Below are positions 51,965-60,888 of a DNA stretch of 64,000 nucleotides, one piece after another. Location of the stretch: the IMG/VR virus record IMGVR_UViG_3300024955_000001, positions 1-64,000 of that record; one strand, 5' to 3'. The position numbers were made by a program, and so were the translations under genes. The notes under the pieces were generated by a model. The model saw only the letters and a program-made list of their open reading frames with translations, was not told where the DNA came from and ran no database searches. The stretch is from a virus. How positions within the stretch are numbered: position 1 is the first letter of the stretch; each line of letters begins with the position of its first letter.

Positions 51965-52384
51965 ATGAAGACCTCCCTGATCGCCTTGGCAGCTGTCGCA
52001 GCCATGGCCATGGCCGCGTGCGGCGACAAAGAAGTGCCGTTCGACCGGCTGGAAGAAGCCCGGCAGACGGCCAAGGCCAATGCCGAGTTCAACGCGGCGC
52101 TCTACAAGGCGCAGAACCCGCGTTTCACCTCGGACTTCACCATCGTGAGCCGCAGCGACGACATGCAATCGCCCAACTGCCCCCAGGGCGACGGCTGGGC
52201 AGAGCTGTCCATCATGCGTGTCGAAGGCAAGCAGGTGGACAAGACGGTGCTGATGTGCTCCACGTTCTCGCAAAGCGTGGGCTGCTACCGCAAGGAAGAC
52301 TTCGACAAGAACACCAACCTTGCGAAGCAAAACGGAACCTGCAATTCGCAAGCGCCCTTCCCCGTCCCCCGCATCGGCAAGTAG
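51965..52384 (+). CDS. Early lipoprotein
   Basis: ORF 51896..52384 trimmed to ATG 51965. Signal MKTSLIALAAVAAMAMAAC, followed by a 120-aa mature domain with 4 Cys. Confidence 0.75.
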   Translation: MKTSLIALAAVAAMAMAACGDKEVPFDRLEEARQTAKANAEFNAALYKAQNPRFTSDFTIVSRSDDMQSPNCPQGDGWAELSIMRVEGKQVDKTVLMCSTFSQSVGCYRKEDFDKNTNLAKQNGTCNSQAPFPVPRIGK

Positions 52385-52387
52385 CCA

Positions 52388-52498
52388 ATGGCGCTCATCA
52401 CCACGCTGATAGGCGGTGGGCTGGCCGCCTGGACGGCTGCGATCTTCTACGCGGCCTATCGCCTTGGCCGGTGGGTGGAGCGCCGCCGCCGCACCTGA
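52388..52498 (+). CDS. 36-aa single-TM ORF following the lipoprotein gene
   Basis: Hand translation: MALITTLIGGGLAAWTAAIFYAAYRLGRWVERRRRT. Starts 3 nt after the lipoprotein stop. No clear RBS. Confidence 0.4.
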   Translation: MALITTLIGGGLAAWTAAIFYAAYRLGRWVERRRRT

Positions 52499-52635
52499 CA
52501 CAACCATCCATGCCTCGCGTGCGGGGCATTGGTGGGACACGTCCCGAACCTTTCCAACCGCGCCGGGGGTGTCTCCTCCCTCCCTCCTTTGTGTTCCCCC
52601 GGCAGGCCCCGCAAGGGCAGCGGTTTTTTCTCCCC

Positions 52636-52659
52636 AGCCCGCACCACGCGGGCTTTTTT
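52636..52659 (+). terminator. Strong rho-independent terminator after the lipoprotein cassette
   Basis: AGCCCGC-ACCAC-GCGGGCT-TTTTT. A weaker GCAA-loop hairpin with a T6 run lies just upstream, at about 52597-52630. Confidence 0.8.
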
Positions 52660-52675
52660 ACGCCCAGGAGGCGCA

Positions 52676-52873
52676 ATGCAAAACGTACACACCACTGTGC
52701 AGCCGCTGCTGCGCATCCCTGGCGCACCGCCGCCGATTTCCGAGCAGGAGCTGCAGCGCCTGCGCAGCAAGGCCTGGGCCGATGTGGCGGCACTGGAGGC
52801 CAGCGATCCCCGCTACCACCGCGCGCTGGTCGATCAGGTCCAGCACAACGCGCACATGGGGGTGTGGTCGTGA
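52676..52873 (+). CDS. Hypothetical small protein
   Basis: AGGAGG RBS and ATG 52676 (MQNVHTTVQPLL..). Confidence 0.6.
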   Translation: MQNVHTTVQPLLRIPGAPPPISEQELQRLRSKAWADVAALEASDPRYHRALVDQVQHNAHMGVWS

Positions 52874-53109
52874 GCACGAAGACATTCATCCACGCCGACA
52901 ACGCACTGGCACGCCTGAAAGCGGAAATGTCGGCCGAAATGCAGCGCGCGGCAGAGCCCGCCATTCAACAGGCAGTAGCGCAAGCAGAGAAGGCCATCCG
53001 CGAGCGGGTTGGAGCCATGTGTATCGCCCTGATCGAAAAGGATTTCTCGGTGCAGAGATACGGCGAGAACCTGCAAATCACCGTGCGCGGCTTTGGGAGC
53101 GAGAAGTGA
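52870..53109 (+). CDS. Hypothetical small protein
   Basis: GTG 52870 (GTGA overlap); VSTKTFIHADNALARLKAEM.. Confidence 0.5.
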   Translation: MSTKTFIHADNALARLKAEMSAEMQRAAEPAIQQAVAQAEKAIRERVGAMCIALIEKDFSVQRYGENLQITVRGFGSEK

Positions 53110-53285
53110 TCGACCCCATCAACTCCCCGCACTTCACCAGCACCAGCCGCGATGCCCTTGCCGCATCCCAGGAAGCACAGGCTGAAACCAAGCGCCGCAA
53201 TGAAGCCGCCACCCAGCGCCAGAGAGAGGCTGCGGCCATTGGCGCGGATCTGGACCCGGACGCACTTGAACAAGGAGAACCCTGA
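53106..53285 (+). CDS. Hypothetical small protein
   Basis: GTG 53106 (GTGA overlap); VIDPINSPHFTSTSRD.. Confidence 0.45.
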   Translation: MIDPINSPHFTSTSRDALAASQEAQAETKRRNEAATQRQREAAAIGADLDPDALEQGEP

Positions 53286-53533
53286 TGCCCCCCTTTGAAA
53301 ACCTCAAGGCTTTTTTCTGTATCGCCGCAGCAGTTCTGTTGACCTCGTATCTCTTGGGCGGCAGCTACCTGCTGGACGGCCCCGCAGACTGGGAATCCGA
53401 GGCCGACAACGCTGCAAACCTGCGGGATGCACTGGCACAGGCGCAGCAAGAGCGCCCCGACCTTTGGACGCCCGAGCGCCGCGCTCGCGCTGATGTTGCA
53501 GCCGGAATGGTGGCGCGGGGCGTGCAGCCATGA
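53285..53533 (+). CDS. Small membrane protein
   Basis: TM helix FFCIAAAVLLTSYLLGGSYLL. ATGA coupling. Confidence 0.6.
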   Translation: MPPFENLKAFFCIAAAVLLTSYLLGGSYLLDGPADWESEADNAANLRDALAQAQQERPDLWTPERRARADVAAGMVARGVQP

Positions 53534-54114
53534 AAGAGCGCCCCCTTCCCTTCAAAGTGCCAATGGTGCGCGCCACGCTGAGCGACATCAAGTTGATGAC
53601 GCGGCGGATCGTGAAAGGCGCAGCCCTGGACTGGCTTGAACGCGATGGCTTCACGCCTGAGTTCGTGGCGCTGCCCGAAAATGCAATGTGCCCCTACGGC
53701 GTCCCCGGCGACCGCTTACGGGTGCGTGAGGCGTGGCGCACAGTTTCTGCCGTGGATCACCTGCCACCACGCGAGCTGACCCCGGCACATCGCATTTGGT
53801 ACGAGGCCGACGCCCCGCACCAGCCTGGATTCGGGAAGCTGCGCCCGAGCATGTTCATGCCCCGCTGGGTCAGCCGCATCACCCTGGAAATCACCCGCGT
53901 GCGCGTGGAGCGGCTGCAGGACATCAGCGACGCCGATTGCGTTGACGAGGGCTGTGGCGCACTGCCATCCGCCATCGGCTGCCCCATGACCAGCGCCCCA
54001 GGCGAGACGATCCCGCGCGCCATGTTTCGCGCGCTGTGGGAATCCATCAACGGTCCAGGCAGCTGGGACGCCAACCCCTGGGTGTGGGTAGTCGAGTTTC
54101 GGAGGCTGCCGTGA
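53530..54114 (+). CDS. ASCH-like phage protein
   Basis: KLRPSMFMPRWVSRITLEITRVRVERLQDISDADCVDEG pattern. Confidence 0.55.
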   Translation: MKERPLPFKVPMVRATLSDIKLMTRRIVKGAALDWLERDGFTPEFVALPENAMCPYGVPGDRLRVREAWRTVSAVDHLPPRELTPAHRIWYEADAPHQPGFGKLRPSMFMPRWVSRITLEITRVRVERLQDISDADCVDEGCGALPSAIGCPMTSAPGETIPRAMFRALWESINGPGSWDANPWVWVVEFRRLP

Positions 54115-54296
54115 AGGTCATCAAGCAAGGCAAGCTGCCAGACGAGCAGATTCACCGCGAAACCTGCGGCCACTGCAAGAGCGAGCTGGAATTCAAGCAC
54201 TCCGAGGTGCAGTGGTCACCAGATCCACGCGATGGCGCCCGTTGGTTCGTCATCTGCCCGGTGTGCACACGGCATGTCTGGGGTAGCTCCAAATGA
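54111..54296 (+). CDS. Small zinc-ribbon protein
   Basis: GTG 54111 after GGAGG. Motif CGHC..CPVC. Confidence 0.55.
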   Translation: MKVIKQGKLPDEQIHRETCGHCKSELEFKHSEVQWSPDPRDGARWFVICPVCTRHVWGSSK

Positions 54297-54514
54297 TCCA
54301 GCTCGCCCTCGCATTCTTCGGGCTGACCGCCCTCTACATGGCCACGGGAAACAACGCGCGAGCCCGGCGCTGGGCGCCCATCGTAGGCCTGTGCGGGCAG
54401 CCTTTCTGGATCACCTTTGCGCTGCAGTCATCGGCCTGGGGCCTGCTGGCCCTATCCGTCGCCTACAGCGCTGTCTATCTGCGTGGCGCCTGGGTGCAGT
54501 GGAAGAAGCCATGA
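54293..54514 (+). CDS. Small 2-3 TM membrane protein
   Basis: 73-codon hydrophobic ORF. Confidence 0.6.
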   Translation: MIQLALAFFGLTALYMATGNNARARRWAPIVGLCGQPFWITFALQSSAWGLLALSVAYSAVYLRGAWVQWKKP

Positions 54515-54609
54515 AAACAGTCCTGCTCCTGGCCGCCGCCCTGTTCTTTTTCCACGCCGCTGCCCTGGCCTTCTACATGGCCTGGGTTCACCAACCATTC
54601 ATTCCGTGA
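54511..54609 (+). CDS. 32-aa single-TM ORF
   Basis: MKTVLLLAAALFFFHAAALAFYMAWVHQPFIP. ATGA coupling. Confidence 0.4.
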   Translation: MKTVLLLAAALFFFHAAALAFYMAWVHQPFIP

Positions 54610-54616
54610 GGTTCAC

Positions 54617-55456
54617 ATGAACGATGCCGCAACTGCAACCGCCGATGGGCTGACATTGACGCCCCTTGAAACGCATCCGACCCCCGTGCAGCAACGCTCC
54701 ACCGAGGTGACCCGCTCTGATTCTTCGGCGCTGACGCAGGCCATCATTTCCGCAGCACACGACCCCAGTGTGAACATAGAGAAGATGGAGAGGCTGCTCG
54801 GAATGCACGAGCACATCGCAGCTCGGGATGCTGAGCAGCAATTCAACGCGGCCATGGCCGCAGCCCAAAGCCGCATGGGCCGTGTGTCTGCAGATGCCGT
54901 CAACCCGCAGACCCGCAGCCTTTACGCCTCCTATGCACAGCTGGACCGCCACATCCGGCCGATCTACACAAGCCATGGGTTTGCCTTGAGCTTTGACCAG
55001 GCCGATGGAGCGCCTGACGGTCATATCCGGGTGCTTTGCTATGTGTCGCACATCGCCGGTCATACCCGCACTTACCGGTGCGACATACCTGCAGATGGCA
55101 AGGGAGCCAAGGGCGGCGACGTGATGACCAAAACGCACGCCGTGGGCTCAGGCAAGACCTACGCCAAACGCTACTTGCTCAAAGACATCTTCAACGTGGC
55201 CGTTGGCGAGGACGACGACGACGGGAACAGCGCTGGCAACGGCCAGGGGCCCGAAAAAACGATGCTGGAGCAGTGGACCGAGAAGGTCAAATCCACCAAG
55301 ACGCGCGCAGTGCTCACCGACGTGATGCGCCAAGCCCGAAAGACCTTCCAGGATGCGAAGGACTTTGAGGGCTACCAGTCGCTGATGCAAATCATCACCC
55401 AGCACGGCAACAGCCTGCCCGCTGACCCGCAACAGACGCGACGTGCCCATGCGTGA
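54617..55456 (+). CDS. erf: ERF-family single-strand annealing protein
   Basis: LYASYAQLDRHIRPIY..GFAL.. and GSGKTYAKRYLLKDIFNVAVGEDDDD. Confidence 0.75.
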   Translation: MNDAATATADGLTLTPLETHPTPVQQRSTEVTRSDSSALTQAIISAAHDPSVNIEKMERLLGMHEHIAARDAEQQFNAAMAAAQSRMGRVSADAVNPQTRSLYASYAQLDRHIRPIYTSHGFALSFDQADGAPDGHIRVLCYVSHIAGHTRTYRCDIPADGKGAKGGDVMTKTHAVGSGKTYAKRYLLKDIFNVAVGEDDDDGNSAGNGQGPEKTMLEQWTEKVKSTKTRAVLTDVMRQARKTFQDAKDFEGYQSLMQIITQHGNSLPADPQQTRRAHA

Positions 55457-56183
55457 CATTCGTTTCCGCTGCTCCAGCCTGGGTCACCTGATGACGGAGC
55501 CGCGCACCAGGGCCGAGGGCGATCTGTCCATGGGCGCGCGCTCCTACATCCGCCAGCTGGTCAAGGAAGAACTGTTCAGCGTGGAGTTTGAGGTGTCCAG
55601 CAAGGAAACCGACAAGGGCATTGCGGTGGAGAACACCGCCATCGCCCTGCTGAACAAGGTGCGCGGCCTGAATCTGGCGAAGAACACCGAGCGCCGCCGC
55701 AACGAGTGGATCACCGGCGAGTGCGACCTGTTCGACGCTCCCCGGCGCCGTGGGCACGACATCAAAGCACCATGGTCCCTCAAGACCTTCCCGGCATGGA
55801 CCGTTGACGCCATCGACCCGCTCTACGACTGGCAAATGCGCGGCTACATGATGCTCTGGGATGCCGACGAGTGGGAAGTGAACTACGTGATGGTGAACAC
55901 CCCGCACGAGCTGATCCGCAACGAGCCCATGGATCAGCACCTGGTTGACCACATCCCGCCACAGCACCGATTGACCACCTGGGTCATTGAACGCGACTTC
56001 CAGAAGGAATCGCTCATCCGCCACCGCTGTGAGGCTGCCAGCGCGTACTACGAGCAGCTGATCCGCGAGTTTGACGACACACACCGCATGGACGTGATCG
56101 ACGTTCAGGCCAAGGTTGTCACCCCACCCCCACAACTTTCCAGCACAGCCGCCTCGCGCGTGCTGCTGCCAACCCTTTTCTGA
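55443..56183 (+). CDS. PD-(D/E)XK exonuclease (YqaJ/lambda-Exo-like)
   Basis: CSSLGHLMTEP.., GIAVENTAIALL, GECDLF..GHDIKAPW. Confidence 0.7.
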   Translation: MPMRDIRFRCSSLGHLMTEPRTRAEGDLSMGARSYIRQLVKEELFSVEFEVSSKETDKGIAVENTAIALLNKVRGLNLAKNTERRRNEWITGECDLFDAPRRRGHDIKAPWSLKTFPAWTVDAIDPLYDWQMRGYMMLWDADEWEVNYVMVNTPHELIRNEPMDQHLVDHIPPQHRLTTWVIERDFQKESLIRHRCEAASAYYEQLIREFDDTHRMDVIDVQAKVVTPPPQLSSTAASRVLLPTLF

Positions 56184-56192
56184 GGAGATTTC

Positions 56193-57302
56193 ATGACTGA
56201 AACCGCAACCCCCACCACCGCCGTGGCGCAACAGCAGGCCACCAACATCGCGGCCAAGCCTATGTCCATCAAGGACACGGTGCTGGCCCAGTTCAAGGAC
56301 ACCGAGGCAGGGCTGACCGCCATGGCGGAGAAGTACCGCGACGTGGTTTACAGCGTAGCCGACTCAAAGGGCATGGCCGACGCTAAGGCGGCCCGCGCGG
56401 ATCTGCGCGACAACGGCCGGCGCATGCTGACCCGCACCGAGGCCTCCGTGAAAGCGGACGTGAACGAACTCAAGAAGGTGATGGGCGACGAAGTGGAGCG
56501 CCTGATCGCCATCGTGAAGCCGGTCGAAGATGCCATTGATGCCCAGATCAAGGCCGAGGAAAAGCGCAAGGCCGATGAGAAGGCCGAGCGCGACCGCGAG
56601 GAGGCCGAGCGTGTCGGCGCCCATCGCGCCAACATCGAACAGCTCAAGGCCTACGTGGAGCAGGCCGAGGGCCAGCCGGTGGAAGTGATCGAGAACGCCA
56701 TTGCCACCCTGGGCGCAATGACCTTTGGCGAGGAATGGGAGGAATTCGCCAAGGAAGCCGAGGCAGCATGCCTCGCCACCGTGCAGCGCCTGCTGGCCAT
56801 GGTCGAGAGCGAAAAGACCCGTATCGAAAACGCCCGCCTGCAAAAAGAACTTGAAGAAGCCCGCGCCAAGCTGGCCGCCCAGGCACCCGCGCCAGCCCCT
56901 GCCCCGGTGGAGCCACCCGCAGCAGCACCAGCCGCGGATTACACGGCGTTCGAGGTAGAGCCATGGGGTGGGCCCACCGCAGATCAGATAGTGCAGCCTG
57001 CGGCCGAGCAAGTTGACCCGCTCGCCCCGGCCCGCCAGCGCGTGAGCAGTTGGGCCGCCGCCCGCAACGCCCCCGCGCCCGCGCCTGTTCAGGAAGCAGC
57101 AGCTCCCGGCCTCAAGCTGGGCACGATCAATGAGCGCCTGGGCGGCGCCATCACCACCAGCGCCGAGGGCTTGCGCATCCTGGGCTTTGAACCTGCTGGC
57201 AAGGTGGGCGCCCATGGCGTGTACCGCGAGGCCGATTTCCCTCTGATCCTGGCCGCCATGGTGCGCCACATCGAGGCCGTGCAGGCTAAGGCAGCCGCGT
57301 AA
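56193..57302 (+). CDS. Coiled-coil phage protein (DUF1351-like)
   Basis: 369-codon ORF with a charged coiled-coil centre. Confidence 0.6.
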   Translation: MTETATPTTAVAQQQATNIAAKPMSIKDTVLAQFKDTEAGLTAMAEKYRDVVYSVADSKGMADAKAARADLRDNGRRMLTRTEASVKADVNELKKVMGDEVERLIAIVKPVEDAIDAQIKAEEKRKADEKAERDREEAERVGAHRANIEQLKAYVEQAEGQPVEVIENAIATLGAMTFGEEWEEFAKEAEAACLATVQRLLAMVESEKTRIENARLQKELEEARAKLAAQAPAPAPAPVEPPAAAPAADYTAFEVEPWGGPTADQIVQPAAEQVDPLAPARQRVSSWAAARNAPAPAPVQEAAAPGLKLGTINERLGGAITTSAEGLRILGFEPAGKVGAHGVYREADFPLILAAMVRHIEAVQAKAAA

Positions 57303-57352
57303 CTATCCCGGGACCGATCCAGACCTTTCACTCCAGCACCCAACACCACCAA

Positions 57353-57375
57353 AGCCCGCCGCGTGCGGGCTTTCT
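57353..57375 (+). terminator. Terminator-like hairpin (weak U-tract)
   Basis: AGCCCGC-CGCGT-GCGGGCT-TTCT. Confidence 0.5.
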
Positions 57376-57394
57376 CATGCCCCAAGGAGCATCC

Positions 57395-57679
57395 ATGAGC
57401 GACACGACTGACCCGAACAAGCCCGGTGTGCACCGCGCTACCAAAGAAATCAAGACTGGCGGCGCAGGCGATCTGGCTGACAAGGTCATTGACCTGATGA
57501 ACGAGTGCTCTGACGCACATGGCGTATTCACCGCTCTCTACGGCGTGCTGTATGCCGCTGGCTCTGCAATGGCTTGCGCTGGTGTAGCCCTGGATGAGCG
57601 GATAGACCTGCGCCAGCAGTTGAACCCTTTGTTCTCTGGTTACGACGACCAGCGCGCAAGCCGGGCCAAGAAACACTGA
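57395..57679 (+). CDS. Hypothetical protein
   Basis: AAGGAG RBS and ATG 57395. Confidence 0.6.
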   Translation: MSDTTDPNKPGVHRATKEIKTGGAGDLADKVIDLMNECSDAHGVFTALYGVLYAAGSAMACAGVALDERIDLRQQLNPLFSGYDDQRASRAKKH

Positions 57680-57694
57680 TCTCACCACCCCACC

Positions 57695-57720
57695 GGCCCG
57701 CCCTCTGCGGGTCTTTTTTT
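57695..57720 (+). terminator. Rho-independent terminator
   Basis: GGCCCGC-CCTCT-GCGGGTC-TTTTTTT. Confidence 0.75.
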
Positions 57721-57742
57721 GCCTATCTCAAGGAGAACCTCA

Positions 57743-58234
57743 ATGTCCGCAACCTCTACCCGCCCTCCCATGAGCGCCATGCTGGCAGCCCTGCTGCTGG
57801 CAGACATCATCGCCTCCATTCCCGACACCGCCCCTGGTGCCGATGGTCTTCCCCCTGGCCTCAAGGAACTGCTGTCAGCCAAGTGCGATGACCCCACCTG
57901 CGACGCCTGCCACCCGACCACGGCGGGCGAGCAGAAGGTGAATGCCGCCGCTGAAGCGGCAGAAGAAACCGAGCACCGACACGTCAGCGCCGCTGTCGAG
58001 ATCCCGCCCGATGTGGCCGAGCTGGTGGGCATGGCCAAGCCCGGCTTCGACCCTGACAGCCTGGAAGGCCACACCCGCCTGCTGGCAGCCGCTTTCATCA
58101 TCAACGTGCGCAAGTTGGGCGAGCAGCCGGTGAACACCTTCCCCAAGGCCGCCGCCACCATGAGCGGCATCCGCTACGTGGAGAACACCGTTCTCGCCGC
58201 GCTGTCCACCTTCGCCACCCTGGCAGGCAAGTAA
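57743..58234 (+). CDS. Hypothetical protein
   Basis: AAGGAG RBS and ATG 57743. Confidence 0.6.
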   Translation: MSATSTRPPMSAMLAALLLADIIASIPDTAPGADGLPPGLKELLSAKCDDPTCDACHPTTAGEQKVNAAAEAAEETEHRHVSAAVEIPPDVAELVGMAKPGFDPDSLEGHTRLLAAAFIINVRKLGEQPVNTFPKAAATMSGIRYVENTVLAALSTFATLAGK

Positions 58235-58263
58235 GCCCTCGCCGCCGCCCCATTCCCGCAACC

Positions 58264-58291
58264 GGCCCGCCACTGTGCGGGCCATTTTTTT
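58264..58291 (+). terminator. Rho-independent terminator
   Basis: GGCCCGC-CACTGT-GCGGGCC-ATTTTTTT. Confidence 0.8.
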
Positions 58292-58301
58292 GGAGTGACC
58301 C

Positions 58302-58718
58302 ATGAGTACCACACTCAAATCGCCCACGCTGCAGACCAAGCGCAAGCCGTTCACCGACTTCTTCAAGCAGCTGGATTTCGGCAACCTGGAGCAGGAAGCC
58401 ACCGACGCGCTGCAGGACATCGTGCACGCGGCCACGCAGACCGGCAAAGCTGGTGAGCTGACCATCAAAGTCAAGCTGAAACCCATCGGCACCACCGGCC
58501 AGGTGGAGCTGGAGGCCGATGTGAAGGCCAAAGTACCGCAGCCCACGCGCGGCAAGACCCTCATGTTCGCCACGCCTGACAACAACCTGCAGCGCGAGAA
58601 CCCCCGCCAAACCACGCTGGACGGCCTGCGCACCGCCGACCAGGAAGCCGCCGCTCGAACCGAGCTGCGCACGGCGCCCGCCGCCGACGACGCGCAACCC
58701 CTGCGCGCCGTCCACTGA
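58302..58718 (+). CDS. Hypothetical protein
   Basis: 138-codon ORF. Confidence 0.6.
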   Translation: MSTTLKSPTLQTKRKPFTDFFKQLDFGNLEQEATDALQDIVHAATQTGKAGELTIKVKLKPIGTTGQVELEADVKAKVPQPTRGKTLMFATPDNNLQRENPRQTTLDGLRTADQEAAARTELRTAPAADDAQPLRAVH

Positions 58719-58757
58719 TCCCCATTCCATCAACCCGTTCCAACCAGGAGAAAACCC

Positions 58758-59564
58758 ATGGGACAACAAGAGAAAACTGAAACCGAAGCCCGCGACGAGC
58801 TGGCCGCGTGCAATCAGGGCGGCTACCAGTTTGCTGGCACCCCCGGATTCATCCTGCCCGAGGGCTATGAATTCAAGGAGCTGTCTCACCTGCTCCCAGC
58901 GCCGACCCGCAAAAAGGGCACCACCACGCTGAACGACGCAGAGAGCTTCATCGCCGTGGTCAACGACCAAAAGGCGGAAAGCAGAACGCGCCTGTTCAGC
59001 ACCATCGACCCGCCAACCTTCACCGCCGTGTTCAACCACATCGGCGCCGAAGCCGGTTGGGGCGACCACCGTGCGCGCTACAACGCGCCGCTGTCGCCCG
59101 AGTGGAAGGCATGGAACGGCATGAACGGCGTTCACAAGTCCCAGGTGGAGCTGGCCCAGTTCATCGAAAACAACCTGGTGGACGTGGTGAACCCGGACGG
59201 CGCCACCCTGCTGGAAATCTGCCGCACCCTGGAAGCCAAGAAGAAGGTGAACTTCGCCAGCGCCATCCGCCTGTCGGACGGCTCGCACCAGTTCACCTAC
59301 GAGGAAGACGTTCAGGGCACCGCGCAGAAGGGTCAGCTCAAGGTGCCCGAGGAATTCATCATCGGCATCCCGGTGTTTGAAAACGGCGCCAAGTGGCAGC
59401 TGAATGTGCGCCTGCGCTACCGCATTCAAGACGGTGGCCGCCTGACCATGTGGATCGAACTGATCCGCCCGCACAAGACCATCGAGGCCGCCGTGGCAGA
59501 GCTGCGCAAGCAGATCGCTGACGAAACCAAGCTGCCGATCCTCAACGGCACCCCCAACACCTAA
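58758..59564 (+). CDS. DUF2303 (YfdQ-like) protein
   Basis: Overall pattern ..ESFIAVVNDQK..RLFS..FTAVFNH..W.DHRARY.. Confidence 0.6.
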   Translation: MGQQEKTETEARDELAACNQGGYQFAGTPGFILPEGYEFKELSHLLPAPTRKKGTTTLNDAESFIAVVNDQKAESRTRLFSTIDPPTFTAVFNHIGAEAGWGDHRARYNAPLSPEWKAWNGMNGVHKSQVELAQFIENNLVDVVNPDGATLLEICRTLEAKKKVNFASAIRLSDGSHQFTYEEDVQGTAQKGQLKVPEEFIIGIPVFENGAKWQLNVRLRYRIQDGGRLTMWIELIRPHKTIEAAVAELRKQIADETKLPILNGTPNT

Positions 59565-59650
59565 ACCCCAAGCCCCGCCCGCCACCCGCGGGCAGGCCGG
59601 GCCATGAGCACAGGGCGCGCGGCGCTCTGTCCTGATTGCCTGGAGAACCC

Positions 59651-60241
59651 ATGGAACGACGACAGAGAGACATCCACACCATGGCCGAGCAAGCCGGCCT
59701 TTCCCCCGTGCGCTACGAGCGCAAAGCCAACCGGGCCACGCTGCTGTGCCTGGCAGAGAACGGCGCGGAGCGCGTTTTCAGCATCAGCATGGGCACACGC
59801 AGCGACGCACGCGGCGACTTGAACGAGCTGAGCGCCATGAAGCGCTTCGCCCGCGAAAACGCCCTGCCATTGCCCGTCACCACCAATCGAACCACCCCCA
59901 AACCCGACGCCATCACCATGACCAAAACCACCGCCCAAGCCGCGCTCGATCCCGTTGCCTTCTACCGCGCCTGCGAATGGCTCAAAGGCCAAAAAATGTC
60001 CGCGTTCTCCAGCCTGGAAGGGCTGACGTTGCAGGCCGCGCAGCATGTCGGTACCGCTGTGACCGAGGCAGACATGAAGCTGGTGATGACCACTCTGAAC
60101 GTGCAGGAGCCAGCGCTCTGGCACGAACCCAAAGACCCACAGGCCATCCTCGTGCGCGAGCTGTCCACGATCATGAAGAAGCTGGGCGAGACACCCTCCC
60201 CCGCCTTCGACCGATTGGCTGCGAGCCTGCTGCGGGTATGA
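59651..60241 (+). CDS. Hypothetical protein
   Basis: ORF 59636..60241 trimmed to ATG 59651 (GGAG 5 nt upstream). ATG 59681 is an alternative start. Confidence 0.55.
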   Translation: MERRQRDIHTMAEQAGLSPVRYERKANRATLLCLAENGAERVFSISMGTRSDARGDLNELSAMKRFARENALPLPVTTNRTTPKPDAITMTKTTAQAALDPVAFYRACEWLKGQKMSAFSSLEGLTLQAAQHVGTAVTEADMKLVMTTLNVQEPALWHEPKDPQAILVRELSTIMKKLGETPSPAFDRLAASLLRV

Positions 60242-60888
60242 GCCGCCCCGATCACTACGCCACGCTGGGCGTGGCACCTGATGCCAGCTTGGACGACATC
60301 AAGCGGGCATACCGCCGCGCCGCGCGCCACGCACACCCAGACCGTGGCGGAAGCCATGAGCGCATGCAGGCCCTGAACGCAGCCAAGGACGTTCTGACCG
60401 ACCCCGCCCGGCGCGCACGGTACGACGCCGGGGAAGACGGCCAGGCCACAACCGAGGAAGAAGGCGCCCGAGAGCTGATCCGCAAACTGTTCGCGGAGGC
60501 GGTGGACATCAACAAGGATGACCCTGTGGAAGGTGTGCGCGAAGCGCTGCAGGCCGGCCGCGCCGGTGCCGCTATGAAGACCTCCATAGCACGCCAGTCC
60601 ATCAGGCGCCTTGAGGCCCAGCGCGACCGCGTGAAGCCCAAGACCGAGCGCAACGTGTACCTGGACGTGATCGAGTCGCGCATCGCAGGTGAGCGCGCCC
60701 TGATCGCCGCCATGGAAGCCACGGAGCGCACGGCCAAGCTGGCGCTTGAAATTCTGGCCGCCGAATACGAGCGCGGGACGGGCGTGGAACGCACTCAGCG
60801 CATGTACCCCGACACACCACGCAGTCACTTTGCCGATGCCCTTGGCTACAGCTTCTTGGGCCGCGAACAGACACGGAGAGGATTCTGA
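60238..60888 (+). CDS. J-domain (DnaJ-like) protein
   Basis: ATG 60238 (ATGA overlap). DHYATLGVAPDASLDDIKRAYRRAARHAHPDRGG, with HPD at 60334-60342. Confidence 0.8.
   Translation: MSRPDHYATLGVAPDASLDDIKRAYRRAARHAHPDRGGSHERMQALNAAKDVLTDPARRARYDAGEDGQATTEEEGARELIRKLFAEAVDINKDDPVEGVREALQAGRAGAAMKTSIARQSIRRLEAQRDRVKPKTERNVYLDVIESRIAGERALIAAMEATERTAKLALEILAAEYERGTGVERTQRMYPDTPRSHFADALGYSFLGREQTRRGF

Noticed and set aside
59578-59592. A CCCGC-N5-GCGGG hairpin after the DUF2303 gene, considered as a terminator.
   Set aside because: It has no U-tract (it is followed by CAGGCCGGGCC). It is listed only as a member of the repeated hairpin family.
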